Assembly: GCA_951406725.2 (NCBI GenBank)
Contig: OX597830.1
Span: 11,470,001-11,534,000, forward strand
Source: Octopus vulgaris
Lineage: Eukaryota
Direction: 5' to 3'
Length of the DNA stretch: 64,000 nucleotides
This document shows positions 1-12,645 of this stretch, in pieces. How positions within the stretch are numbered: position 1 is the first letter of the stretch; every line of letters begins with the position of its first letter. The notes under the pieces were generated by a model. It was given only the letters and a program-made list of their open reading frames with translations, was not told the DNA's origin and searched no databases. A program made the position numbers and the translations under genes.

Positions 1-35
1 TCACGTTCTTGTCCCAGTTTGTATTTTTTTACTTT

Positions 36-90
<55 letters not shown>

Positions 91-438
91 GGATATATAT
101 ATATGGATATGTAGTTGAAAAATTTCCTTATAGGTATAAATATACCAGAAACAAGTATAAAAAAAAAATGGAGAAAATGATGTTGAATCAAAATTACATT
201 TAATACAAAATTGGATCCAATACATATGCATGTTTTGAAGGACAATACAAATATGCAAGAAAACAATTATAATCATAGTTATTATAATTAAATTTATGCA
301 TTGTCCTTCTCATCAGTGTGAGGAATTTTGGGAAGAACATTAAAAAGGTTTAATAAAATAAAATGAATTAAGATACATAAGGGAGAATACAGATGGGGTA
401 ATAGGATATATATATATATTATGTATATATATATATAT

Positions 439-440
<2 letters not shown>

Positions 441-471
<31 letters not shown>

Positions 472-1463
472 GTTTAACGTCCGTTCTCCATGCTAGCATG
501 GGTTGGACGGTTCGACCGGGGTTCTGGGAAGCCAGAAGGCTGCACCAGGCTCCAGTCTAATCTGGCAATGTTTCTACAGCTGGATGCCCTTCCTAACGCC
601 AACCACTCCGTGAGTGTAGTGGGTGCTTTTTACGTGCCACCTGCACAGGTGCCAGGCGAGGCTGGCAACGGCCACGGTCGGATTGGTGTATTTTATGTGC
701 CACCGGCACGGAAGCCAGTCGAGGCAGTGCTGGCATCGGCCACGGGTCGGATAGTGCTTTTTACGTACCACCAGACCAGGGATCCTGGCTGGTTCAATTC
801 GATTTCGATTTCGCTTGCCCCAACATGTCTTCACAAGCAAAGGGGGTTGGCATGGGTGCCTGTCGTACGGTCACATTGGAGTATTTTACGTGCCACGGCC
901 ACGAGTCGGATAGTGCTTTTTACGTACCACCAGACCAGGGATCCTGGCTGGTTCAATTCGATTTCGATTTCGCTTGCCCCAACATGTCTTCACAAGCAAA
1001 GGGGTTGGCATGGGTGCCTGTCGTACGGTCGCATTGGAGTATTTTACGTGCCACGGCCACGAGTCGGATAGTGCTTTTTACGTACCACCAGGCCAGGGAT
1101 CCTGGCTGGTTCAATTCGGTTTCGATTCCGATTTCGCTTGCCCCAACATGTCTTCGCAAGCATGGGGGGTTGGCATGGGTGTCTGTCGTCGGATGAGGTT
1201 CTATATCGACTTCGCTAGCCTCAACAGGTCTTTGTGTCCAAGGGAGGAAAGGCATTCATAAGTGGGCTGGGCTCACTTGTCCTGCCTGGTCTTCTCCCGT
1301 ACAGAATATTTCCAAAGGTCTCGGTCGCTGGTCATTTCCTCAGTGAGGCCTAAAGTTCGAAGGTCGTGCTTCACCACCTCGTCCCAGGTTTTCCTGGGTC
1401 TACCTCTTCCACGGGTTCCCTCAACTGCTAGGGATTGGCACTTTCTCACACACCTATCTTCAT

Positions 1464-1465
<2 letters not shown>
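441..1465 (-). mobile_element. RTE-clade LINE 3' fragment with internally triplicated 3' UTR
   Basis: C-terminal peptide GTRGRGRPRKTWDEVVKHDL on minus; conserved tail ending in (GAT)n; ~157-bp unit x3 at ~740-1190. Confidence 0.9.
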
Positions 1466-1508
<43 letters not shown>

Positions 1509-1539
1509 TAGATATATATATATATATCTATATATATAT

Positions 1540-1975
1540 TGATAAAAATGGTAAGACAACAAAAGAATGAAAGAGACCTCGATATTATGTAAATAGAGGA
1601 ATTTATCTGTAAATTTAATATGTGACAATTATTTGGTAGCCATGATAAAACTCAGAGTTTCGGATGCCGAGGTGGAAATCCACGTTGCCATCTCTTCAGT
1701 TATCCGGCCATCGGAAAAATAGTTATGAAAAATGACCATTAAACAAAGGGAAGTTACTGTGTGATTGACCGTTATTAAGACAAAAGAGGTATTTGAATGA
1801 GCGCTAAGTGAGGGGAGGGAGTAAAAATAAGCGGGTAAAAAGGCTCATAGTATTCATGTAAACGCACATGTTCATACCTACACATGTGGGTCCACACACC
1901 CACATGCATGCACCTAAAAGTATACACTCATCCACCCTCACTTGAAACATACACAACCTCACCCACACCATTTGC

Positions 1976-1980
<5 letters not shown>
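1540..1980 (-). mobile_element. PLE-like terminal-repeat fragment with hammerhead motif
   Basis: Inverted homolog of 5025-5380; flanked by (TA)n; hammerhead at 1644-1704. Confidence 0.65.
1644..1704 (-). ncRNA. Minimal type-I hammerhead ribozyme motif
   Basis: GATAA-CTGAAGA-GATG..CATC-C-GAAAC-TCTGA-GTT-TTATC; palindromic AACTCnGAGTT stem III; stem I GATAA/TTATC. Confidence 0.75.
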
Positions 1981-2011
<31 letters not shown>

Positions 2012-2016
<5 letters not shown>

Positions 2017-2243
2017 CTTTACTACCCACAAGGGGCTAAACACAGAGGGGACAAACAAGGACAGACAAAGGGATTTAGTCGATTACATCGACCCCAGTGC
2101 GTAACTGGTACTTGATTTATCGACCCCGAAAGGACGAAAGGCAAAGTCGACCTCGGCGGAATTTGAACTCAGAACGTAACGACAGACGAAATACGGCTAC
2201 GCATTTCGCCGGGCATGCTAACGTTTCTGCCAGCTCGCCGCCT
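2012..2243 (-). mobile_element. tRNA-derived SINE (family B, Meta-domain-like)
   Basis: Head GGCGGCGAGCTGGCAGAA, B-box GAGTTCAAATTCC, central GCCTTTC(A/G)TCCTTTCGGGGTCGATAAA; inserted in (TA)n. Confidence 0.88.
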
Positions 2244-2490
2244 TAATATATATATATATATATACAAACCCACGCACGCACACCAAAAAGGTTTCATACA
2301 CATGTCTATATATGCACAAACATGTGGTTTAACCTTTTTCTGTATTGTTACCTTTAGCCCTGTGTTTTCTTGTGTTTGTGCATCTATAGACATGCGTATG
2401 AAACTTTTTTGGTACGCGTGTGTGTGTGGATTTGTATATAATCTCTGACGAGGCCTTGAGATATATATATATATAAGTAACTCATTTTTA

Positions 2491-4720
2491 TCTCTTATTA
2501 TAAAAGGCAGATTTTATCTGCCTCCCTTTGTCAGTTATAGAAATCTACAATATAGGATTTCTTCAATTACAATTTACTTAGCATTTTTAAGAGTAGAATG
2601 CATCGGGTTTTGCCAGGTCCACTTTTTAAAATTTAAACTCCAATTAAGCAAAATTTACAGAAAACTCACATTCTGGTGTGTATGTCAAATGCTTTTCTTA
2701 ATGTGGTTTACACCACACGCACACACACAGTGTGCAACGAATAAAATGAAAGTAATTCACCTTTTGTAGTGAGTGACTCTTTCACTCTGCCACTTCCTCT
2801 TTACACACATAGACACGTAAATATATAAATAAAATTGTAAGCTAACATGCGTGTGTGTGAGTGTGTGTGTGTGTGAGGGTGCGTGTGTGTGTGTGTGTGT
2901 GTGCGTGCGTGTGCGTGAGTGTGTGACAGGAAAGTTTTTTAGGACGAATATAAGACCCATATCGGCGATGTTTCGCTTGTCGTAGCACAGGTTTCCGTCA
3001 ATTTCCGTAAAAAACTTTTATTTTTTTACATAAGTAATGAGAGCGAAAGAGACTAAGAGAAAGCGATTTTATGACGAGGGAAGTTCTTTTGAAGTTACCG
3101 TGCATGGGACGCATTGATGTATATGTTTGTGTGTGTGTGTGTGTTTGATGGAGTGTGGGAGACAGACAGTATGTTGTGTAAGTGAAGTGCTTCTGTTAGT
3201 GTGTGTGAAGAGACAGAGAGAGTAATGTGTGAAAGAGAGAGATAACTGAATTTTTTTACTCGGTGTATGTGTATATGTATGTATGCATGTATGTGTGTGT
3301 ATGTATGTGTGTGTGTATGTATGTATGTATGGCCGATTCAGTGTTTACATTTTTTACGGAAATCGACGGAAACGTGTGCTACGACAAGCGAAACATCGCC
3401 CCTATATCCAAGTAGCAGAAAGATCGCCCAAAAGTGTATATAGATATTTAAATATATTTATATATTCATCTATACACAGATGTATGTATAATGTGTGTGT
3501 ATATATTTCCATACACGTAACCATTCACTCCGCACAAAGTTTTTTAGGACGAAAATAAGATCTAAAGTTATCTCTAAGTAGCACAGAGATCGCCCAAAAG
3601 TGTATATAGATATATAAATGTATTTATATATTCATCTATGCACACATGTATGTATAACGTGTGTGTATATATTTCCATAGAGGTAACCATTCACTCCATA
3701 CAAAGTTTTTTAGCACGAAAATAAGATCTAAAGTTATCTCTAAGAAACAGAAAGATCGCCCAAAAGTGTATATAGATATTTAAATGTATTTATATATTCA
3801 TCTATACACACTTGTATGTATAATGTGCGTGTATATATTTCCATAGAGGTAACCATTCAATCCATACAAAGTTTTTTAGGACGAAAATATTTATATATAA
3901 AAGAAAGGTTGTGTGTCTGTCTACTCCGATTTAGATTCCTAACTACTCCCACATTTTGCGATGCAGTTTAACCAAAACCGGGTATCTTATAGTCGTGATT
4001 CATATCGAGCCCTTCTGGGTATTAGCGCGCGTCTTTGATGAGTCTATGATTTTACAAATAATTTACCATCATTTTTTTCCATTTTAATGCATATTTTAAA
4101 AAATAAACGGAAGTAACTCTCAAACTTCACACCAATATGCGTGCTCATATGCAACGTAATATCACATCAGCAGCATTTCCTCACACCCTCCTTGCACTTG
4201 GCGAAGGCAAAATACCAGGGGATGAAAATGGTAATATTGCCATCGATTCCATTTGTACCATTGTTAAGACGCCTTCTGATCTCAGAGATGCAGTGTTCCC
4301 AGATCTACAAGCTAATTATCAGAATATGGATTGGATTGGCAAAAAGGTTATACTGGCCCCGAGGAATAAAACTGTTCACCATATTAATGATGAAATGCTA
4401 AAACTCATTCCTGGGGAAGTCTATCGATACAACTCCTGACCCAGAGGACGTCATCAACTATCCAATAGAGGTACTCAATTCCTTTGAGCACCCCGGACTA
4501 CCACCACACTTTCTCAAACTTAAAGTTGGTGCCCCTATAATGCTCATCAGAAATTTGGTTCCCCCAAAACAATGCAATGGCACACGTTTGATCGTTAAGT
4601 CCTTATCTCCCACCGTAAGCTTATATCAATATTTGCCTGAATAATCATCATAATTCAGTGCAATCATTAACAGTACTTTCAAGCAATTCAGCCCCGAGCA
4701 ACGCCGGGCAATTCTGCTAG
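2491..4720 (+). mobile_element. Composite non-autonomous Helitron with PIF1-helicase remnant
   Basis: 5' TC after A; 3' hairpin CCCGAGCAACGCCGGG plus CTAG before T. 4137-4615 encodes ILAPRN...INDEML...[21 protein letters not shown]...CNGTRLIV (frameshifted). Confidence 0.88.
3415..3890. repeat. 166-bp tandem repeat (~2.8 copies) inside the Helitron
   Basis: agatcgcccaaaagtgtata at 3421, 3587 and 3753. Confidence 0.9.
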
Positions 4721-4985
4721 TACTGCATATTACCTCAATACATCTGACTAATATGGGCATAATGATATACTCTTATCTATGGGCTGAAACAGCTGTAAGA
4801 TCCATTTTATATGTATTATCCTTATGGTATTATCTTACTTATTGATGTATATTGTTTTATTATGTATTATTCTGTTGGATTTGGATGTTCCTATTTAATA
4901 TAAATAATTAGTTAATAAATTATATGAACTGGTATTATCTGGAAGTTGATGATTGAAAGAAATCTATTCCTCCATTTTCTTATTT

Positions 4986-5024
<39 letters not shown>

Positions 5025-5027
<3 letters not shown>

Positions 5028-5375
5028 GCGAATGGTGCGGGTAAGGTTGTGTACATTTCAAGTGAGGGTGGATGAGTGTCTACTTTTAGGCGCATGCATG
5101 TGGGTGTGCGGGCACACATGTAGGCATGAACATGCGCGCTTATGTGAATACAAGCCTTCTTACCCCCTCCCCTCACTTAGCGGTCATTCAAATAGCTCTT
5201 TTGTCTAAATAGCGGTCATTAACATAGTAATTTCCCTTTGTATAACGGTCATTTTTCATAGCATTTTTTCCGATGGCTGGATAACTGAAGAGATGGCAAT
5301 GTGGATTTCCACCTTGGCATCCGAAACTCGGAGTTTTGTCATGGCTACCAAATAATTGTCACATATTACATTTAC

Positions 5376-5380
<5 letters not shown>
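5025..5380 (+). mobile_element. PLE-like terminal-repeat fragment with hammerhead motif (5280-5340)
   Basis: GATAA-CTGAAGA...GAAAC-TCGGA-GTT-TTGTC; (TA)n on both sides; inverted copy of 1600-1980. Confidence 0.7.
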
Positions 5381-5425
<45 letters not shown>

Positions 5426-6540
5426 TTTGTTTCCCTTTTTGTAGTTTCAGCCGAGTGCTGTGGCACTGCCGTTTTGCTACACTGGTATTATTCAGAACCT
5501 GGTATAATATGTGGCACTTGGTGCCCCATGTCCTACTCCCCATACACTCTTGCTGCTCCCTACCAATCCTACTCATCGCACCTGGACACATCCGTACTCT
5601 GTACCTCTTTGCAGACCCTATTGATTATCCCTGCCCAACTAAATATGAGTAACCATGCTGCTTTTACTACAAGAACCTGTTCTGCACTCTCTCTCGTGCT
5701 TTAATCCTTCATCCCTTAGCATAAGCTAATCCTAATCTCTTAAAGTTTGTCGTCTTGCAAGCTGCATGGCGACCTCGATCATGCTGTTGGCACTGGAAAT
5801 ACACACATTATATATGTTGTAAGGTTGTTGGAATTAGGAAGGGCCATAGAAACAATGCCATAGCAAACACTGGAGTACAATGCAGTCCTTGGCCCCTTTC
5901 CGGTCCTGTGAAACCATCCAACCGATGCCAGTAGAGAACAGGGGCGTTAAATGATGATGATATGATTGTATCTTTATATATTTCTCTATATATATACACA
6001 CATATGATAGTGTATGTGTATGTGTGTGAGTTTATATATTTCTATATATACACACATATGATTGTATAGGTGCCTGAGTTTATATATGAGTTTATATATA
6101 TGCATATACTTTTCATGAAGCATTGTATATATGTTTTTGGTAATAGTTTTTTTTTAAAGCATAAACAATGCAAGTTATACAATAAAACTGGTCGATAGTT
6201 TTACTTAGTATGTCAGTACTTCTGAGTTAGAACCCTTTCTTCAGGAAATCTTTGGAGAAAAGTTGTTATTTGCTGACTTCTCTGTCATATAGTATTTGCT
6301 ATGTGCCACTATAATAAACAATCAACCACATGCAGTTCTGATCTGCTATTAATACACAATCAGTATTTCGTAATTAAAAGGGCTTCTTGTATTACGTTCT
6401 CAATGCTTCTTTCTGTAGCTTTGAGGGAAACCTGGATGTCTTGGAATGGCATTTCTGTACATGTTCTTTTATGGAAGAAGTAGTATCATGGGGGTGTTCA
6501 TTAATCTGTATAATTGTCTGATGGTATTTCCAATGTGGAA

Positions 6541-7898
6541 GGCGGTGAGCTGGCAGAATCGTTAGCAGGCCGGGCGAAATGCTCAGCGGTATTTCGTCCG
6601 CCGCTGCGTTCTAAGTTCAAATTCCGCCGAGGTCGACTTTGCCTTTCATCCTTTCGGGGTCGATAAATTAAGTACCAGTTACGCACTGGGGGGGTCGATG
6701 TAATCGACTTAATACCTATGTCTGTCCTTGTTTGTCCCCTCTGTGTTTAGCCCCTTGTGGGTAATAAAGAAATAGGTATTTCGTCTGCCGTTACGTTCTG
6801 GGTTCAAATTCCACCGAGGTCGACTTTGCCTTTCATCCTTTCGGGGTCGATAAATTAAGTACCAGTTACGCACTGGGGGGTCGATGTAATCGACTTAATA
6901 CCTATGTCTGTCCTTGTTTGTCCCCTCTGTGTTTAGCCCCTTGTGGCTAATAAAGAAATAGGTATTTCGTCTGCCGTTACGTTCTGGGTTCAAATTCCAC
7001 CAAGGTCGACTTTGCCTTTCATCCTTTCGGGGTCGATAAATTAAGTACCAGTTACGCACTGGGGGGTCGATGTAATCGACTTAATACCTATGTCTGTCCT
7101 TGTTTGTCCCCTCTGTGTTTAGCCCCTTGTGGGTAATAAAGAAATAGGTATTTCGTCTGCCGTTACGTTCTGAGTTCAAATTCCACCGAGGTCGACTTTG
7201 CCTTTCATCCTTTCGGGGTCGATAAATTAAGTACCAGTTACGCACTGGGGGGGTCGATGTAATCGACTTAATACCTATGTCTGTCCTTGTTTGTCCCCTC
7301 TGTGTTTAGCCCCTTGTGGGTAATAAAGAAATAGGTATTTCGTCTGCCGTTACGTTCTGAGTTCAAATTCCACCGAGGTCGACTTTGCCTTTCATCCTTT
7401 CGGGGTCGATAAATTAAGTACCAGTTACGCACTGGGGGGGTCGATGTAATCGACTTAATACCTATGTCTGTCCTTGTTTGTCCCCTCTGTGTTTAGCCCC
7501 TTGTGGGCAATAAAGAAATAGGTATTTCGTCTGCCGTTACGTTGTGAGTTCAAATTCTGCCGAGGTCGACTTTGCCTTTCATCCTTTCGGGGTCGATAAA
7601 TTAAGTACCAGTTACGCACTGGGGGGGGTCGATGTAATCGACTTAATACCCATGTCTGTCCTTGTTTGTCCCCTCTGTGTTTAGCCCCTTGTGGGTAGTA
7701 AAGAAATAGGTATTTCGTCTGCCGTTACGTTCTGGGTTCAAATTCCACCGAGGTCGACTTTGCCTTTCATCCTTTCGGGGTCGATAAATTAAGTACCAGT
7801 TACGCACTGGGGGGGTCGATGTAATCGACTTAATACCTATGTCTGTCCTTGTTTGTCCCCTCTATGTTCAGCCCCCCCTGGTGGGTAATAAAGAAATA
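6541..7898 (+). mobile_element. SINE family B with 7 tandem ~187-bp body copies
   Basis: One head; units start at ~6590, 6777, 6963, 7149, 7336, 7523 and 7711; 18-bp TSD 6523-6540 / 7899-7916. Confidence 0.95.
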
Positions 7899-8039
7899 GG
7901 TATTTCCCATGTAGAATTCACTGCATTTGCTACATATGATTTTATATACTTTTTACGTGCCACATATATATTTTTATTTTTGATTGGGTAGCCAGGCAGT
8001 GTACATATGGTGTTTTGTTGTGGTTGGTTTCATTTAGGG

Positions 8040-8258
8040 CAGTGGTTTTCAATCGGGGTTCTGTGGAACCTTAGGGTTCTGCCAGTACAGTCCAGGGGTT
8101 CCGCAAGAAGTTACAAAACTGCTAAAATCGGCAGTAATTTTTAAGTCTCCTGTGCAGATATGTGTGCATAAGACTATTAAATTATTGCACAAGGGTTCCC
8201 CGAGCCAGTGGAATGTTTCCTTGGGGTTCCGCTCCAGCAAAAAGTTTGAAAAGCACTG
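8040..8258. mobile_element. hAT-type MITE
   Basis: TIR CAGTGGTTTTC/GAAAAGCACTG; 8-bp TSD ATTTAGGG; second copy at 44474-44674. Confidence 0.9.
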
Positions 8259-8663
8259 ATTTAGGGAGTAGGCCAGTTGTATATCCCTCCCCCGCACCCC
8301 AATGGATCGCAGCAGTAATTTTTTCATTAAAATGTGGCAGTTTAAAAAAAAACATGTTATCCTTAGATGTGTTGATTTTATTAGGTGGTTTGGTGATGTT
8401 CTGACTTTTAGTGAAAATGTATGGATAGCTATTCTCCATCAGGGTCTTTCTGAATTGAAAGGTATTAGTGTTTTTTGCTTTCTGCATTGTTACATTTACT
8501 GCACTCATATATTTATCAGTAGAGTGGGTATATTAATCAAAGTATACAGTATTATAGATCCATTGCAACCAATGTTATCAATTGGCTTTGCACAAGATAT
8601 TAGGTAAACAGATTAGATAATAACTCCACCCATTGGAGGTGACTGATATGGAAAATTTGCAAC

Positions 8664-9066
8664 AGGCGCAGGAGTGGCTGTGTGGTAAGTAGCTTGCTTA
8701 CCAACCACATGGTTCTGGGTTCAGTCCCACTGCATGGCACTTTGGGCAAGTGTCTTCTACTATAGCCTCGGGTCAACCAAAGCCTTGTGAGTGGATTTGA
8801 TAGACGGAAACTGAAAGAATCCTGTCGTATATATGTATATATATATATATATATATGTATATATACTCTTTTACTTGTTTCAGTCCTTTGACTGTGACCA
8901 TGCTGGAGCACCACCTTTAGTCGAGCAAATCGACCCCAGGACTTATTCTTTGTAAGCCCAGTACTTATTCTATCGGTCTCTTTTGCCAAACTGCTAAGTA
9001 ACGGGGACATAAACACACCAGCATCGGTTGTCAAGCAACACTAGGGAGACAAACACAGACACACAA

Positions 9067-9106
<40 letters not shown>

Positions 9107-9470
9107 GACGGGCTTCTTTCAGTTTCCGTCTATCAAATCCACTCACAAGGCATTGGTCGGCCCGGGGCTATAGCAGAAGACACTTGCCCAAGATGCCACG
9201 CAGTGGGACTGAACCCGGAACCATGTGGTTGGTTAGCAAGCTACTTACCACACAGTGCATGTATGTTTGTGTGTCTGTGTTTGTCCCCCTAGCATTGCTT
9301 GACAAACGATACTGGTGCGTTTACGTCCCTGTCACTTAGCGGTTTGGCAAAAGAGACCGATAGAATAAATACTGGGCTTACAAAGAATAAGTCCCGGGGT
9401 CGATTTGTTTGACTAAAGGCGGTGCTCCAGCACGGCCGCAGTCAAATGACTGAAACAAGTAAAAGAGTAA
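8664..9470. mobile_element. Nested tRNA-derived SINEs (family A): minus copy ~8865-9255 inside the (TA)n of a plus copy
   Basis: A-box TGGCTGTGTGG, B-box GGTTCAGTCCC, CORE-like TTGGGCAAGTG; the two halves of the plus copy flank an inverted full copy. Confidence 0.88.
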
Positions 9471-10315
9471 CTGCTACAGAGTGTATGAACAACAATGCTT
9501 TGTTTCTTGTACACATCACCAAGATGGTAGCAATGTGCAGGCGAATGAGTAGATGAATTGTGAGAACATTCAGAACAAAGGACCAGGAAACTATACTTGT
9601 GCCAAGGAGGACATTTGTCCTCAGCTGTCTGGGCTACTGTTCTCAACTATGGTCACCCAACAGCATCAAATTAATAGCTGGACTCTAAGTAGTCCCATGG
9701 TGACAGACCAAAAATATTGTTTCAATGAGATAGTTAATAAATGGCAGTGCCCCAGCATGGCCACAGCTCGTGAGCTGAACCTAGATAAAATAGAATAAAT
9801 AAAATAAATAAATAGTTGAGCTACTGGGAGAGACTGAAAAATTACAACTCTACTAGAAGTGAAGATGGGAAAGAGATGCAGAGAAATATATCTGAAAGAT
9901 ACTAGAGTGGGCAGCATCAAGAGTTAAAACAACCTCTGAAGAGGACACCACAGCAAATGCCAAAGGCCCCAATCACCCTATCTGGAAGAAGAACCAGGTA
10001 CTGCAGTAACCTGAGTTTCAAGGGCCCACATCCATTTAATATCTTACTAAAAAAAATCTGAAGGATTTACATGTAGTGACAATAGATGTTTCCAAGAAAC
10101 CTTGATTTTCTGCTGTTCAAGATCCCAGATGAACCAATATCAATGCGAGAAGTTCAAATGAGGGTAGCAATATCAAATTCCCTCATTAATTAAAAGTCAA
10201 CTACATAAGAATGGCCATTGGAAAGGTGATTACACTGGCAATGCCCCAACATGGCCACAGTCTTTGGACTGGGACATATAATAAAAGAATATATATATAT
10301 ATATATATATATATA

Positions 10316-10906
10316 ACATTTTTTTTTCAGAATGAGATAAAAAAAAACCCAAGGCTGTGAAGATTTTAGAACATTTATAAATAGGTCTTACAGCTGTTTC
10401 TGGGATATTTTTTATATCTCTTCCTTGGAGAAGGTGTGAGAAAATGGTTAAGCAATAGTTAATTTAGATAAGATACGAAATAGAGAGTGAAGTGGAGGAA
10501 TGAAAATAGATGTGAGATATGCAGAGATATTGCATTTTTAGATCCATTCTTCAGGCAAACCCTTAATTCAATAGCACTGTGTACAAACTCTATACTTGCA
10601 ATGACCAATTTTAAATACTATTGGAATTTACTCACAAGGTATTAGAATCTTACATGTATACCATTCTGCCTAAATAATGGATCTACAAATGCAATATCCA
10701 TGCATATCTCACGTCTATTTTCATTCCTCCATTTCACTCACTATTTCATATCTTATCTAAATTAACTATTGCTTAACCATTTTCTCACACCGTCTCCAAT
10801 GAAGGGATATAAAAAATGTCTTGGAAACAGCTGTAAGACCTATTTATAAATGTTCTAAACTCTTCATAGCCTTGGTTTTTTATCTCATTAGAAAAAAAAA
10901 TTTAAT
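10316..10906. repeat. Long inverted repeat (~230-bp arms) with a degenerate hammerhead in each arm
   Basis: 10316-10548 is the reverse complement of 10676-10906; both arms carry GAAACAGCTGTAAGAC. Confidence 0.85.
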
Positions 10907-11051
10907 ATATACACATGCTGATAAATAACTTACGTTGGACTCCTTATTCACATAATCACTGAACCTGGAGCTTATCTATGGTCTGTCCATAACACTTACT
11001 CAGCATTACCTGATACCTTTGAGTCTTATCGACACCATTACCTCTCATAAC

Positions 11052-11086
<35 letters not shown>

Positions 11087-11707
11087 ACAAAGCACGCGGA
11101 ATTCTGTTCTTGATTCGACGGTCATTCGGAATGCTCACAGTAGCCATATTCCTACCACTCTATGTCATGCTGGTGAGACCCATATTGGAGTATGGGATTC
11201 AAGCCTCTTCTCCTTATCTCCTCAAAGACATACAGCATCTCGAAAGAGTCCAGAAGCTGGCTACCCACATGGTTCATGGTCTCAAAAATTTGTCCTACGA
11301 AGAAAGGCTGAGGACGCTCGACCTTTATTCTCTTGAAAAACGCCGCCGCCGTGGTGATCTCATTCTCGCCCACAACATCATAAACGGAAAGTGTAACCTC
11401 TCGAAAGAGCTGTTCTTCACTCCTGCTCCAGAGCGTCGGCTGCAGGGTCATTCCGAAAAGCTCTACCTGCGAAGATTTCATCTCAATCGAAGGAGAGGAG
11501 CTTTCTCCGTCCGGGTTGCGGATCCGTGGAACAAGCTGCCAGATGAGATGGTGAAGATGCTGATGACCGCTTTGTTCAAAGCCTCCCTGGACCTCAAGTG
11601 GCCTGAACTCTTTACATGAACACCACCCTGTACTTAACTCCATGTCCCCCTACATGGCCTTGCTATTTGCTTTTGAGCCAAATTAACTAACTAACTAACT
11701 AACTAAC
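11087..11707 (+). mobile_element. CR1-clade LINE 3' fragment
   Basis: LVRPILEY...LERVQKLAT...SYEERLRTLDLYSLEKRRRRGDLI...WNKLP; (AACT)n tail; sits in (TA)n. Confidence 0.92.
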
Positions 11708-11708
11708 A

Positions 11709-11807
<99 letters not shown>

Positions 11808-12277
11808 GTACATATATATATATAGATATGGATTCCAGGGGATGACAAGTTGAATAAAAAACTTAAAGGTAGGTCATAGTAACTACAATATCTAATCCAC
11901 AATTGTTAGTCAGGCAAAATATATCTTTAGGCACTAAAGAACGATACTTTGAGAAGCTAACTGATAAAATATGGCAAGAAGAAAAGAAGTAAAATTATTT
12001 AAAAACACAGTATTTCATTTTGCAACGATAATATACTACCAAGTATATTAAAGGTTTACAAGTAAATATTGGGCCTTACTTTTGTGTTAGCAGTGCAATG
12101 TTCTCATTTTAAGTTTATTGCTACAGATTTTCTCTAGAATTTAGAGCCAGCACTGAAAGTTGTGACATTTTGTATATGAATACATTTATGTAAACAAGGC
12201 AACTGATGACAGAAAATAATCTACCCATTAGCTATTTTTCTCTATTTTCAATCATGCATCAATGTTAACAATATTAT

Positions 12278-12645
12278 CAAAATCAAAATCAAAATCGATC
12301 AACATCAATGGAAATTGTAGCTGTGATACCAGTGCCGGTGGCACATAAGAGAACCATCCGAACGTGGCCGTTGCCAGCGCTGCCCTGACTGGCCTCTGTG
12401 CCGGCGGCATGTAAAAAGCACCATCTGATCGTGGCCGTTTGTCAGCCTCATCTGGCACCTGTGCCGGTGGCACGTAAAAAGCACCCACTACACTCACGGA
12501 GTGGTTGGCGTTAGGAAGGGCATCCAGCCGTAGAAACACTGCCAGATCAGACCCGGCCTGGTGCAGCCTTCTGGCTTCCCAGACTCCAGTTGAACCGTCC
12601 AACCCATGCTAGCATGGAAAGCGGACGTTAAACGATGATGATGAT
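12278..12645 (+). mobile_element. RTE 3' UTR/tail fragment
   Basis: GTGGTTGGCGTTAGGAAGGGCATCCAG...(GAT)n. Further copies at ~29500-29950(+), 35244-35510(-), 36450-36600(+), 38385-38865(+), 42760-43250(-), 47850-48165(+), 50295-50510(+), 56630-56740(+) and 63017-63240(-). Confidence 0.9.

Larger units (their letters stand above)
6100..8660 (-). mobile_element. Degraded Penelope-like retroelement (GIY-YIG endonuclease), interrupted by a SINE array and a MITE
   Basis: Minus strand: VYK(I)ICSKCSEFYMGNT (~7960-7899) continues as FHIGNTIRQL...SIKEHVQKC...QEALLITKY (6540-6360); degenerate hammerhead CTGAAGA...GAAG at ~6215-6250. Confidence 0.72.

Noticed and set aside
490-1261. Recurrent ORFs such as MDGSTGVWEARRLHQ/LDALPNANHS
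   Set aside because: Antisense translations of the RTE 3' UTR repeat.
6541-7898. Regular repeat resembling a CRISPR array
   Set aside because: Units are contiguous SINE bodies with no unique spacers; eukaryotic context, no cas genes.
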